This document shows, in pieces, positions 18,044-27,859 of a stretch of DNA of 32,000 bases; position 1 is the stretch's first letter; each line of letters starts with the position of its first letter. The notes under the pieces were generated by a model. That model was not told the origin of the DNA. It saw only the letters and a program-made list of their open reading frames with translations, and did no database searches. Made by a program: the position numbers and the translations under genes. The stretch is from an uncultured archaeon (lineage in GTDB: Archaea; Asgardarchaeota; Jordiarchaeia; Jordiarchaeales; Jordiarchaeaceae): positions 31,948 to 63,947 of the forward strand of contig CAZECW010000113.1 in assembly GCA_964510585.1 (NCBI GenBank), given 5' to 3'.

Positions 18044-18847
18044 TCATATTGTTAATTTTAGCGAGTCGTATCCAATTATGATTTTTTTTCGAAGGGGGTC
18101 CACTTTTTCTTGTAGCTTTTCGTGGGGAGGATTTAGGTGAGCAAGGTGGATTAGTACCGTTTTTTTGGCATTCAAGGTATTTGCTAGTTCTTTGGCCTCA
18201 TTTACAGTCATATGGTGGTCTAAAAAGTGGGTTGGCTTGTCAATGAATGCATCAGTTATAAGAAGGTCTGGATTTTTTATGAGTCGGAGTGATTCTTCGG
18301 GAATTTTCACTCCAGTATCACCCGTAATCACAAGCTTTTTGCCATTTATATTAAAGCTGTAGCCTATAGGTTGTATGTACGAGGCGGGATGGGTAACATT
18401 CCAGGTGGGGTGATAGACGGGAAAGGCTTGAAACTGAATATTGTGATAGTCCACGGTTTCGTAAAGTTTTATTTCTTTACGCTTTGCGTTAATTATTTTG
18501 AAGCCCATTCTTTCTAGGACAAAGTCTAGAGTTTCCTTTAATCCGAACACTTTAATGAAATTCTGTACACGGTAGAACTCACTGAATCCCAGAATGTGGT
18601 CATAGTGGTGATGTGTGTAGAGAACCGCGGCGATTCTCCTTATCCCTTCACGGATTAGCTGAGCCCTGAGGTCTGGGCCGGTGTCTATAGATATGTTTCT
18701 GTCTTTTTCTGGATCACGTATAAGTATCCCAAATCGAGTTCGAGAGTTAGGAATCCCCTGCTCCCTCGCCAAGGTACACGATTCACAGTTACAATTCAAC
18801 GTGGGGGTTCCAACAGTATCTCCGCTTCCCAGAATAATGATTTCCAA
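18044..18847 (-). CDS. PhnP-like MBL-fold phosphodiesterase
   Basis: ILGSGDTVGTP..NCNCESC (structural Zn), SRTRFGILI, IDTGPDLRAQL, THHHYDHILG, VITGDTG, HMTVNEA, LIHLAH. Confidence 0.88.
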   Translation of the reverse strand: MEIIILGSGDTVGTPTLNCNCESCTLAREQGIPNSRTRFGILIRDPEKDRNISIDTGPDLRAQLIREGIRRIAAVLYTHHHYDHILGFSEFYRVQNFIKVFGLKETLDFVLERMGFKIINAKRKEIKLYETVDYHNIQFQAFPVYHPTWNVTHPASYIQPIGYSFNINGKKLVITGDTGVKIPEESLRLIKNPDLLITDAFIDKPTHFLDHHMTVNEAKELANTLNAKKTVLIHLAHLNPPHEKLQEKVDPLRKKIIIGYDSLKLTI

Positions 18848-19035
18848 CTCAAACCATCTCTCTCAAGAAATAAGTTAACTCGCTTATTGAATATTGTTCT
18901 GCATCACCATACCAAAACTTATGACAGCTGTATCCCAATGGCTTCTCACTATGATTAAACTTACAATATTTTAATATAAATACTACTGGTTTACCAATTA
19001 GAAATTAAAGTGTAAGATAGTTGTAAGGAGCCTTT

Positions 19036-19941
19036 TTAATCAGGTTTAGTGTATTTTGTTAGAAATCCTTGCGCTAAAGAGCGGGCGAGATCCCTTGCGT
19101 GGTTTGGTGCAAATTCATCCAGACCTTTTCCATAGGTTTGAACAATGAACTCAACCACTTTTTCCAGGTCTTGTTCTTCTTTGTAGACTTTAATTATTTC
19201 GTTATTCCACTTGTAAGTCACTTTAACTGTATCTTTTAGTGATAGATAGCCTTCACGTGCTGTTTTGGCTCCGAAGTGGGCAAATCCTATAATTTCAGGT
19301 TGGTAAGATTCGATTTTCCTTATTGTCGCAACAAATGTTTCTAAATCGAATTCTGGTGGGAAAGCTGTGGGTGTGATGGTTTTGGTTTGAGGCATGTGTA
19401 TACCGACTGCGTCTCCAACGAACATGAATCTGCTTTTGGCTTCGTAGAAACTTATGTGGTCTTTGGAGTGCCCTACTGTGTCCAAAATTTCTATTTCCAC
19501 CCCATTACCTAAATTGACTAAATCGCCCTCCTTTACTACATCAAAGTTTTTTATAGGTTTCATTTCGATGGTGGGATCACCGAATGTTTGTCTTCCCCCC
19601 TCAACAAGTTTCTCAATTATTGCGGGTACTGTGAGACGCTTGGAGTCCTTATCTGAAACCAGCACCCTAGCTTTACCAAACGCATCCTCCAAGTAAGCCG
19701 CACCTCCCGCATGGTCGAAGTGACAGTGGGAAGGCATTATGTAAGCAATATCATCAATCTTTATTCCCAAGTCCAGTACTCTTTCAACCAAGTTTTTAAC
19801 AGTACTGTTGGAGCCCGTGTCAAGAATAGCTGCCTTTTCTCCCTTAACCACAAATACGGAAGTGGAACCCAGCTTCCCATGCATTTTAACATCTACCAGA
19901 TATATGTTTTCGCCAATTTTAGAAGTTTTGGTAAACCACAA
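19036..19941 (-). CDS. MBL-fold metallo-hydrolase (glyoxalase II/lactonase-like)
   Basis: ILDTG, SHCHFDHAGG, GHSKDHISF, VGDAVG, FAHFG. GGGTG lies 6 nt before the TTG at 19941 (track start 19977). Confidence 0.88.
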   Translation of the reverse strand: MWFTKTSKIGENIYLVDVKMHGKLGSTSVFVVKGEKAAILDTGSNSTVKNLVERVLDLGIKIDDIAYIMPSHCHFDHAGGAAYLEDAFGKARVLVSDKDSKRLTVPAIIEKLVEGGRQTFGDPTIEMKPIKNFDVVKEGDLVNLGNGVEIEILDTVGHSKDHISFYEAKSRFMFVGDAVGIHMPQTKTITPTAFPPEFDLETFVATIRKIESYQPEIIGFAHFGAKTAREGYLSLKDTVKVTYKWNNEIIKVYKEEQDLEKVVEFIVQTYGKGLDEFAPNHARDLARSLAQGFLTKYTKPD

Positions 19942-20114
19942 AAGAGACACCCACAAAACCTTTTGGTATATTTCCACAATTTACTAGTGATACTTAACAT
20001 TTACGTATTATACACCCAAAATTTAGGAGTAAAGTTGTAAAAACCAAGTTAAACGCTGTTTGTAACAGTTTCTGAAATGCAAGTATATGTAATAATCTTA
20101 GTCTTCTGCCAAAG

Positions 20115-21041
20115 TTATGTGGGAGAAGCTTTTTTAGGTTCGGGCTCATTCCTAACTGCGGTTTTCTTATTTGTTCGGCTCTGTGTTAAGTAAACTCCAA
20201 AAAGGGTTAAAGCCATTCCCAGTATGCTTACTTCTGTGTAAAATTCGTAGAGAAAAATGGCTCCCAAAATTGTAGTTACTATGGGCACCAAGAGTAGTGC
20301 GATGCAGGCTGTTGAGGCCTCTATATCGTGAAGGACTTCGTACCAGACGAAGAAGGTTAAGACCGAAGACACTATTCCAAGAGTAACTAGGGAGGTCCAA
20401 CCTAAACCAGATAGGCGTGTAACGGGGACAAATCCTTCGGCGATAAATGCTGTTATAAATAGCAGAATGGTTCCAAAAGGCACCGATGTTGCAGTCATCA
20501 GATAGGAATCTATATTCGCCGCTATTCTCTTGGCTAGAATTGCCCCAACCGCCCATGAGAATGCAGCTCCGAACACTACAATGTTCCAAATGCTTCCTGA
20601 CAGAGTGGGATTAGTTGCTATAACCACAAGTACAACTCCCGTGTATCCCAAAAGAAGTCCTACCGCTTTTCTCCTTGTTATTTTTTCACCTAGGAATATT
20701 GCAGCAAGTATTGTAACTATTATTGGGTCTGTGTTCACAATTATTGATGCCTGTCCAGCGGGCACGTACTGCAGCCCATAAACTTCTAAAAAATAGTATG
20801 AGAATACATTAACAGCACCCAAAGTGCAAATAGAAAAAGTTTCCTTCCTAGTAAATTTTAAGATTTCCCTATATTTTCCAGTTATCATTAGGGAAACTAT
20901 GAGGATGCTTGAGGCTAGGAGGAAGCGGTAAGCAGTAAATGTTATGGGGGGCATATCTCTGAGAGCATACTTAATGAATATGAATGAGGAACCCCATGTT
21001 AGTACCACAAAGGTTAAACCGCCTGCGGTGCTAGGCTTCAA
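20115..21041 (-). CDS. EamA/DMT-family transporter
   Basis: About 10 hydrophobic segments in two repeats. WGSSFIFIK, PPITFTAYRF, ASIIVNTDPI, FLGEKIT, SWAVGAILAK. GGAGG lies 7 nt before the TTG. Confidence 0.95.
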   Translation of the reverse strand: MKPSTAGGLTFVVLTWGSSFIFIKYALRDMPPITFTAYRFLLASSILIVSLMITGKYREILKFTRKETFSICTLGAVNVFSYYFLEVYGLQYVPAGQASIIVNTDPIIVTILAAIFLGEKITRRKAVGLLLGYTGVVLVVIATNPTLSGSIWNIVVFGAAFSWAVGAILAKRIAANIDSYLMTATSVPFGTILLFITAFIAEGFVPVTRLSGLGWTSLVTLGIVSSVLTFFVWYEVLHDIEASTACIALLLVPIVTTILGAIFLYEFYTEVSILGMALTLFGVYLTQSRTNKKTAVRNEPEPKKASPT

Positions 21042-21105
21042 ATTTTTTCCTCCAATATGGTTAGCCTTAAATTGTAAAAGTTATTAAGCTTTTTTCATTA
21101 AAATA

Positions 21106-21130
21106 GAAAATTTTCAGGAGAAAATTTCTC
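21106..21130. promoter_or_regulatory. Two adjacent AT-rich palindromes, candidate Lrp operators
   Basis: GAAAATTTTC (21106-21115) and GAGAAA-A-TTTCTC (21118-21130) in the divergent EamA/Lrp intergenic region. Confidence 0.35.
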
Positions 21131-21246
21131 ATAAAATAAAGTTGACTACTTAAAATTTATTAAACTGAAAATAGAATATAAACCAATTAAGAAACAATAA
21201 AAAAATATAACCACATTATACTTTAGTAACTTTGAGGTGTAATTAA

Positions 21247-21705
21247 TTGGTCAAACTGGATGAGATTGATATAAAGATACTAAACATACTCCAAGAAGAT
21301 GGAAGAATAAGCGTAGCTGAAATAGCGCGCCAGGTTAAACTGGCATCTCCCTCGGTTCATGAACGAATCTCCAAACTGGAAGAGGAGGGAATAATTAAAG
21401 GTTACACTGCCATACTGGATGCGAAAAAGCTGGGTAAAGATGTCACCGCCTTTATTGGAATAAAGGTAAACCACGCACTCGCCAGTGGTGATTCGGTCAT
21501 GAACGAACTTATGAAGATTGATAGCATTGTGGAGTCCCACACAGTTACTGGGGAGGACGACATTCTCATAAAAGTCAAAACCGAGAACACCTCATCTCTA
21601 GAGGATATACTAAACAGGATATATTCCATAAAAGGAGTATTAAACACCATAACCACAGTAGTTTTATCAACAGCACTGGAAACGCTAAAAATTAAAATTG
21701 GATAA
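21247..21705 (+). CDS. Lrp/AsnC family transcriptional regulator
   Basis: LDEIDIKILNILQEDGRIS.AEIARQV.L...SVHERISKLEEEGIIKGY HTH, and RAM domain HTVTGEDD. GAGGTG lies 7 nt before the TTG. Confidence 0.96.
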   Translation: MVKLDEIDIKILNILQEDGRISVAEIARQVKLASPSVHERISKLEEEGIIKGYTAILDAKKLGKDVTAFIGIKVNHALASGDSVMNELMKIDSIVESHTVTGEDDILIKVKTENTSSLEDILNRIYSIKGVLNTITTVVLSTALETLKIKIG

Positions 21706-22066
21706 AACACTAAAAATAGCCAAAAACCCAGGAACAGTTTTTAATACTCTTTAATATCTATTACAACCTATCGCTGGATAATCCTATAGGGAAACGCTTC
21801 CATCAAAAAGGGGATTTAACGGATAATACTCCCGTTGATGATAGAAAGCCAAGCACTGGTCGTAATTTTGAATCCCAAACTGAAGCGGCAAAGTTCTACT
21901 TATTTCACCATTTCTCTGATTTCTGTCATAGTATATCTTTTTTTCCTACCATGTTACTCGAGCTCACAATCCGATTCAGATATCATATTTTTATCACTTT
22001 TTGAAGAAATAAACTTTTTTAGTTAATTTATGAATAAAAAAATTTAATAAATAAATATATAAAAAA

Positions 22067-22714
22067 ATGTTTAACATTCTGTGGGATTCAAATACTCAAA
22101 AAAGGAAAAGACTAAAAACCCAAAAACTAACCGAGTTGAACACATTGATAATACACAACATTTACATTATAAGCTCTGAAGGAATATGCCCCCTAAGCAT
22201 AAAACTAGGCTCCATAGATACAGATCCACAAATAATAGCAGGAGTATTTGCAGCTTCTCAAAAATTTTGGGCCCACCTTACAGGCGAAGACCCTCAATCC
22301 ATAAACTTTCACAACTTAAAGGCGCACTTGAGGCAGTTTAGCACAGGAGAAAAAAATTGGTACCTTGTAATTATTTTAGAATTTGAAAATCCACAACTAC
22401 TACGAACAGTTGAAAAAAGCATATTAGAGGTGGTAATGAAGAACAAAGAGATTTTCGAAAAATTTGTCGCCGACACAAACGAAATCAGCGTGAATGTTAA
22501 AAACCAAATCTTAGAAAGATTAAGAAAAATTCGTTGCCCCTATTTACAGGTAAAAATCTTCAAACACTTTTGCAAATTAAAAATCAATAGACTTGAAAAA
22601 AACAACTGTAACATCATAGCCATATCTGATTGCAAGGAAAAGATAAAAGAGCAATTACACCCTATCGAGAAAAAAGTTTCTAATCAATTAAATTTCCAAA
22701 GTAGTAGTGGATGA
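22067..22714 (+). CDS. Longin-like domain protein with C-terminal Cys4 motif (paralog 1)
   Basis: IHNIYIISSEGICP...GSIDTDPQIIAGVFAASQKFW..LTGE.PQSI resembles Asgard longin N-termini. The tail has C-x11-C-x11-C-x7-C. The true start may be downstream of 22067. Confidence 0.7.
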   Translation: MFNILWDSNTQKRKRLKTQKLTELNTLIIHNIYIISSEGICPLSIKLGSIDTDPQIIAGVFAASQKFWAHLTGEDPQSINFHNLKAHLRQFSTGEKNWYLVIILEFENPQLLRTVEKSILEVVMKNKEIFEKFVADTNEISVNVKNQILERLRKIRCPYLQVKIFKHFCKLKINRLEKNNCNIIAISDCKEKIKEQLHPIEKKVSNQLNFQSSSG

Positions 22715-23112
22715 TGGCAATGAGTCTAAGATTTAGTATAGGATTATTTTTCGATTGTCCTATTAATTGTTTTCTGTCACCCTTTCTTCGCCTGGAGGAT
22801 TGTTTTTATACTCCAAGCCCTTTAGGTGGAAATTACCCTTTAGGAATAGGGTTTAAACATAATACCTCCAAAGCAAAATATAATGGAAAGTGGATGAGAA
22901 GGAACATAGATGTCAAGGAATAGTAATATATACACCTTGTGGAAGCACTTCCTCCAATCTTTGGTTCAAATTGCACTAGAGCCTTTTTATGTTCCAAATA
23001 AAACATTTATAAACAAATTTGAGATTAAGTATACAAGATGAAACTGATTTCGTTGAGTCCTTAGGTATAGTGAGGTTAATGAAAATTACAAAACTGGAAA
23101 GCACACCTTCGT

Positions 23113-23697
23113 TTGGAGTGGAAAGATTTGATTATTCATAATATCTATATCATAAATTCAGATGGGATTTGTCCCGTAAGCCTAACTCTTGGTTCTATTG
23201 AGGCAGATCCCGATTTGATTGCGGGAATTTTCACCGCTTCTCAGAAGTTCTGGGGGGAGGTCACAGGAGAGACACCTCAATCCATCTCCTTTAAAAATAT
23301 GAATGCCTATATTAAGCCTTTCTCTACAGGTGAAAAGGACTGGTATTTGATTCTGATATCTGAGGCAGAAAAACCGGAGCTTTTGAAAAAAGTAGAAGAC
23401 ATCATATTCAAGATTATAGAGGAAAAAAAGGAGCTGTTTGAAAAATTTTTTGCAGATACAACAGATATCAACAACATTGTGGGCGGAGCCATAATAGAAG
23501 CATTAACTTTAATTCCCTGCCCCCATATAAGTAAAAATCTCTTTAAAAATGTGTGTGAAATTGACGGTAAACAGATAGAACCCAAATATTGTAACTGTGT
23601 TTCCATGGCAACATGTAAAACCAAAATCAGGGAATACCATAAGGAAGATTTCTCGGTTGTAGGGCTACTTGACAAGTTTTTCGAAAGCCTAAGATAA
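23113..23697 (+). CDS. Longin-like domain protein with C-terminal Cys4 motif (paralog 2)
   Basis: IHNIYIINSDGICP...GSIEADPDLIAGIFTASQKFW. By hand count it shares 54 of 83 N-terminal positions with paralog 1, and it has the same Cys spacing. Confidence 0.75.
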   Translation: MEWKDLIIHNIYIINSDGICPVSLTLGSIEADPDLIAGIFTASQKFWGEVTGETPQSISFKNMNAYIKPFSTGEKDWYLILISEAEKPELLKKVEDIIFKIIEEKKELFEKFFADTTDINNIVGGAIIEALTLIPCPHISKNLFKNVCEIDGKQIEPKYCNCVSMATCKTKIREYHKEDFSVVGLLDKFFESLR

Positions 23698-24147
23698 GAA
23701 AAAACGTATGCTCATAAAGTAACCAAATCCTACCTCCCGTCTTCCACAAAAACACAATTCCATTACACTCACAAACACGTCAAATCTAATACCTTCTATA
23801 AAATTTGACGCCGACACTCCTCTTCTTTGTAAACACCCATATAGAAAACACGGAGGGCAGGAATTGCGGATTTATATAGTAGTCATTCCATAATAAGTCA
23901 CTCCCTATTGTATTCCAATATGTGGATCATATTTAACCAGTGAATACTGGTTCGGCCCATACTACTATTTTTCCAAGAATTATCTGATTTTGGTATTTTT
24001 CCCTAGAGAGCATTGGTCATCAAAAATCAGAGCAGGCATTATTTAGCGTTAGGAGCTTATTTGTTGCTTTTCACAAATTATAAATACTTCACGCCACAAT
24101 TAATTTTTTAACATATTCTTAAATAATAGTTACTATCTATAACGACT

Positions 24148-24972
24148 TTGCCGAAAAGGGTGCAGTTTATGCTGAGTTTGGCGCAATTTATAATTTATGC
24201 GTATTTCCTTAGCGATTTTTATCGTTTATCTGCTGTTTTCGGCGTCTCTTCAGGGATGTATACCAAGCTTTATTTCTCAGCGTTAGCATCACTGGTTGCC
24301 TTTTTAGTTTCAGCTTCGCTTTTTATTAGATCTCGAAAACAACCTCCGGGCAAGAAAACATTCGTCCTTCTATCCATAGCAACTTTTGTTGGTGGACTCT
24401 CCACACTAAGCGTGGCCATTGCTTCGTATTTCTACATCACAACGCCCAGCCTTTTCACCTTCGTTCCCACGGTGACATTAGTGATGTACCGCATACACTT
24501 TGTTTCCATCCCTCTGATCTTGGTGTTTTTCTGGCTATTCTTCTCACAACTAATACGGGTAAGGAGAGTAATAATCTACGTTTTCATCATAGTATTCCTA
24601 ATAATGCTAATTCTTAATTCTATTACCCCAATTACTGCAGAAGAAGTACAGCTAACGCTTTCTGTTAACATGAGCTTGGTCGCCTCCCTAGTAACACTCG
24701 TCACCTGGCTGGTTGCTTTCTTGATAATCGCCCTCTCCTTCTATTACTACGCTTCCAAACAAAAAGACGAGCGCCGCATAATGGGCATGATTCTGGGAAC
24801 CGCCGCGATCTCCGCAATAATGGTTCAAGTATCCAATTTGTTTGCACTCCTCCTGAGCAACGCAGTTCTGGAAGCCAGTGTATGGTTATTTGCGGCATTG
24901 GCCTTCACACTAATGTACTTTGGATTACTGCCCCCAAAACGCCTCTTACCCAAGCAACAAACTGGAGAGTAG
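24148..24972 (+). CDS. Multi-pass (about 7-8 TM) membrane protein of unknown function
   Basis: Seven clear hydrophobic segments plus an N-terminal hydrophobic stretch, with basic loops RSRKQPPGKK and KQKDERR, ending YFGLLPP. No soluble signalling domain. Confidence 0.75.
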   Translation: MPKRVQFMLSLAQFIIYAYFLSDFYRLSAVFGVSSGMYTKLYFSALASLVAFLVSASLFIRSRKQPPGKKTFVLLSIATFVGGLSTLSVAIASYFYITTPSLFTFVPTVTLVMYRIHFVSIPLILVFFWLFFSQLIRVRRVIIYVFIIVFLIMLILNSITPITAEEVQLTLSVNMSLVASLVTLVTWLVAFLIIALSFYYYASKQKDERRIMGMILGTAAISAIMVQVSNLFALLLSNAVLEASVWLFAALAFTLMYFGLLPPKRLLPKQQTGE

Positions 24973-25077
24973 CCATTTCCCTCCCATTATCCCCCTACCA
25001 TATTTTTTATTTTTTGTAAAAGTTGCAATAGTTATTAATAGTGAGAGTTGTTTCTTGGAAATAAGAGGTTAAAAATA

Positions 25078-26490
25078 ATGCGTGACATCCTTAAAGAGTT
25101 TGAGCCGGTTTTCTTCCCCAAATCTGTAGCCATTATTGGAGCCTCGAGAAACCCCAGAAAACTCGGATATCAGAGCCTAAAGGCGCTAATTGAGGCGGAG
25201 TACAAAGGAAAAATTTATCCCATTAATCCAAATGCACAAAATGTGGGGGGATACAAGTCTTACCCCAGTATTCTGGAAGTTCCAGATCCCATTGATCTGG
25301 TGATAATTTCACTGCCTCCCGATGGGGTATTAGACGCGGTTAAGGAATGCGCTAAAAAGAGGGTGAAGGGACTGGTAATCTTTGCTTCCGGCTTCAAGGA
25401 GCTGGATGAGCAGGGTGCCCAAACTGAGAAAGAAATGGCAAGAATATGTGATGAAGTGGGAATCAAGATTATCGGGCCCAATACTATAGGGATGATTAAC
25501 TCTTACTGCAATTTGAATGCCAGCTTCGCCCCCATAGGAAAATTGTCCAAGGGAGACATATCTCTTGTTAGCCAATCTGGGGGAATGGGTACAACCCTTC
25601 TGTCCTACATCATTGAGGAAAATTTGGGATTCAGCAAGTATGTAGGTGTAGGAAACCGAGCCAACGTAGAGATAGCGGACATGCTACTCTATCTAAAAGA
25701 AGACCCCACCACCAAAGTCATCTGCTTGTTCATAGAAGGTCTGGATAAAGCCCGCGAATTCTTACAGGCAGCAAAAGAGGCGGCTAAAGAAAAGGCGGTA
25801 ATAGTATACAAGGTGGGAAAGACAGAAGTATCCAACAATGCCGCCTTCTCACACACAGGGTCCCTCGCAGGAACCTATCAACTATATAAAGCGGCATTCA
25901 CCCAAGCAGGAATACTTGAAGTGGTGGAACCCTCAGAACTAATTGATGCCGCCAAGGCCATCTCCATCCTTCCCCCAGCCAAAGGAGAAAACGTAGCCCT
26001 AATAACCCACACAGCAGGCCCCAGTCTTGTAATAACCGAAGTTTTAGAACGTTATGGAATTAAAATAGCGGAACTTTCTGAAGAAACAAAGAAACGCATC
26101 CAGAAAGAAATTCCCATAAAGATTAACGTTCAAAACCCCGTCGACCTTACTGGCGTGGCCTATGTGTTCTCCAATCTTTATGGAACCGTGGGGGAAATAA
26201 TTCTTAGAGACAAAAACGTTGACGTTCTAGTCGCAGTGTATACCCCCTCATTTCAATCCGAAATTCCACTACCAGCAAAAGAACTAATTGAAATAACAAA
26301 GGAAACCAGTAAGCCAGTTATTGCGGCACTAATATCACCAAACACGCGTCCCATCCAAGAAAAAGCCCAACTGGAAAAAAACGGTGTAGCAGTCTACCAA
26401 AATCCCGAAAGAGCAGCCAAAGCCACCGCAAACTACATCAAATACTGGAAAATAAGAAGAAGAACACAACTATCGAATATAACCTCATAG
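25078..26490 (+). CDS. acdA: ADP-forming acyl-CoA synthetase (acetate-CoA ligase) alpha subunit
   Basis: FFPKSVAIIGASRNPRKLG, YPINP, IIGPNTIG, SQSGG, GVGNRA, FSHTGSLAG (phospho-His), NPVDLTG. GAGGT precedes the ATG at 25078. Confidence 0.92.
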   Translation: MRDILKEFEPVFFPKSVAIIGASRNPRKLGYQSLKALIEAEYKGKIYPINPNAQNVGGYKSYPSILEVPDPIDLVIISLPPDGVLDAVKECAKKRVKGLVIFASGFKELDEQGAQTEKEMARICDEVGIKIIGPNTIGMINSYCNLNASFAPIGKLSKGDISLVSQSGGMGTTLLSYIIEENLGFSKYVGVGNRANVEIADMLLYLKEDPTTKVICLFIEGLDKAREFLQAAKEAAKEKAVIVYKVGKTEVSNNAAFSHTGSLAGTYQLYKAAFTQAGILEVVEPSELIDAAKAISILPPAKGENVALITHTAGPSLVITEVLERYGIKIAELSEETKKRIQKEIPIKINVQNPVDLTGVAYVFSNLYGTVGEIILRDKNVDVLVAVYTPSFQSEIPLPAKELIEITKETSKPVIAALISPNTRPIQEKAQLEKNGVAVYQNPERAAKATANYIKYWKIRRRTQLSNITS

Positions 26491-26685
26491 ATAATAGGCC
26501 CATCCACAACACTATCATCAAAAAAGTTATTTCCCTATCTGAAAACAAACATATTACCTTGAAGAATCAAACTTAAATTTGAAACGTAAAAAGCAGTATT
26601 ACTTACTATGCAACTGCTTTTCAAAAGTATAAATAATCGAAAAATAATATAATAGAAAGTATATGTGGAAGTTGCTGGTGATTCT

Positions 26686-27813
26686 ATGTATTTAGAGTGC
26701 GCGGTTTGTGGAAAGCGTATAGGGGACAATTCGATTCTATGTCCCGATTGTAAAGGGCCAATCCAAGTATATTACGAGTATGATTCTATGCGGTTGAGCC
26801 GGGAAGATTTTCACGGCAGAACCATCTGGAGGTACCGCGAACTACTTCCCTTCGAAAAGATTACCCGCCTCGTAACACTAAATGAGGGAAGCACACCTCT
26901 ACAGAGAAGCGACACCATAGGAGATGACCTAGCACTAGACCTATGGTTTAAGCTAGAGTCACACAACCCCACGGGATCTTTTAAGGATCGCGGGAGCGCT
27001 GTGGAACTCACTAAGGCGCTGGAGAGGGAGGCAAAATCGGTTGTATGTGCGAGCACTGGGAACATGGCCAGTTCTGTTTCCGCCTATTCTGCTAAAGCGG
27101 GGCTTAAATGTAAAATGGTTGTTCCAAAGAATGCGCCGGTGGCTAAGATAACTATGATGGAGCTCTACGGAGCGGAGGTGGAATTTGTAGATGGGGGGTT
27201 TGACGAAGCTGTGGCCACCGCAATGGAATATGCTAAAGACCCCAGCGTGCAGTTTGCTGGGGATTATTATTGGAGGAGAGAGGGGCAAAAAACCATTGCC
27301 TTTGAGATCTGGGAGCAGTTGCCGAATGTAGATTGGGTTGTGGTTCCTGTTGGTTCTGGAGTGCTTCTCTCCGCCATCTATAAGGGATTTTGGGAATTAA
27401 AGAAATTGAAGCTTACTGATAGGATTCCTCGTTTAGTTGGCGTTCAAGCAGAGGGTTGCAGCCCGGTGGCCTTAGCTTGGAAAGGGTACAAGCTCAGAAA
27501 GTGGGAGAAGGCACAAACCGTTGCGAGCGCAATTGAGGTTTTGAATGCCTTTGATGCTCCTCTTGCTCTTGAAGCAGCAAAAGAAAGTGGAGGCAAAATT
27601 ATTTCGGTTTCTGATAAAGAAATCATGGAATCCCTTGTCGAACTAGCGCGCAGGGAAGGGATTTTTGTAGAACCCGGCGCCGCAGCCTCAATAGCAGGAG
27701 TGTTGAAGAATTGGAAAACATTTGATGGAAGGGTTGTATGTGTATTGACTGGTTATGGGCTTAACGATTTCCAAACGGTTAAGGATTACTTGGAAGGGAA
27801 ACTCAAGTTCTAA
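26686..27813 (+). CDS. thrC: Threonine synthase (fold type II PLP enzyme)
   Basis: N-terminal CAVC...CPDC ribbon, IWRYRELLP, TLNEGSTPL, KLESHNPTGSFKDRG, CASTGNMASS, EGQKT, VPVGSG, EGIFVEP, CVLTGYGL. Confidence 0.9.
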   Translation: MYLECAVCGKRIGDNSILCPDCKGPIQVYYEYDSMRLSREDFHGRTIWRYRELLPFEKITRLVTLNEGSTPLQRSDTIGDDLALDLWFKLESHNPTGSFKDRGSAVELTKALEREAKSVVCASTGNMASSVSAYSAKAGLKCKMVVPKNAPVAKITMMELYGAEVEFVDGGFDEAVATAMEYAKDPSVQFAGDYYWRREGQKTIAFEIWEQLPNVDWVVVPVGSGVLLSAIYKGFWELKKLKLTDRIPRLVGVQAEGCSPVALAWKGYKLRKWEKAQTVASAIEVLNAFDAPLALEAAKESGGKIISVSDKEIMESLVELARREGIFVEPGAAASIAGVLKNWKTFDGRVVCVLTGYGLNDFQTVKDYLEGKLKF

Positions 27814-27859
27814 AAAATAGGGGGGCGAGGGTTTCTGGAGCAGTTTTTGGAGGAATAAA

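Noticed and set aside
21835-22026. 63-aa ORF between Lrp and longin paralog 1
   Set aside because: Low-information T-rich sequence with no SD or motif.
22711-22923. 70-aa ORF overlapping the stop of longin paralog 1, with a short CCCTTTAGG direct repeat
   Set aside because: No motif, and the repeat is too short (two copies) to be CRISPR-like or significant.
23790-23910. Minus-strand GGGAGTGA SD followed by ATG-GAA-TGA and a 30-codon open frame
   Set aside because: A TGA at codon 3 with no redox motif or downstream structure fits chance or a gene remnant better than Sec.
25990-26040. AcdA second-domain motif ITHTAGP instead of the usual ITNAGG
   Set aside because: The catalytic SHTG His is intact, and this variation is within what I would expect for Acd paralogs with different acyl specificity.
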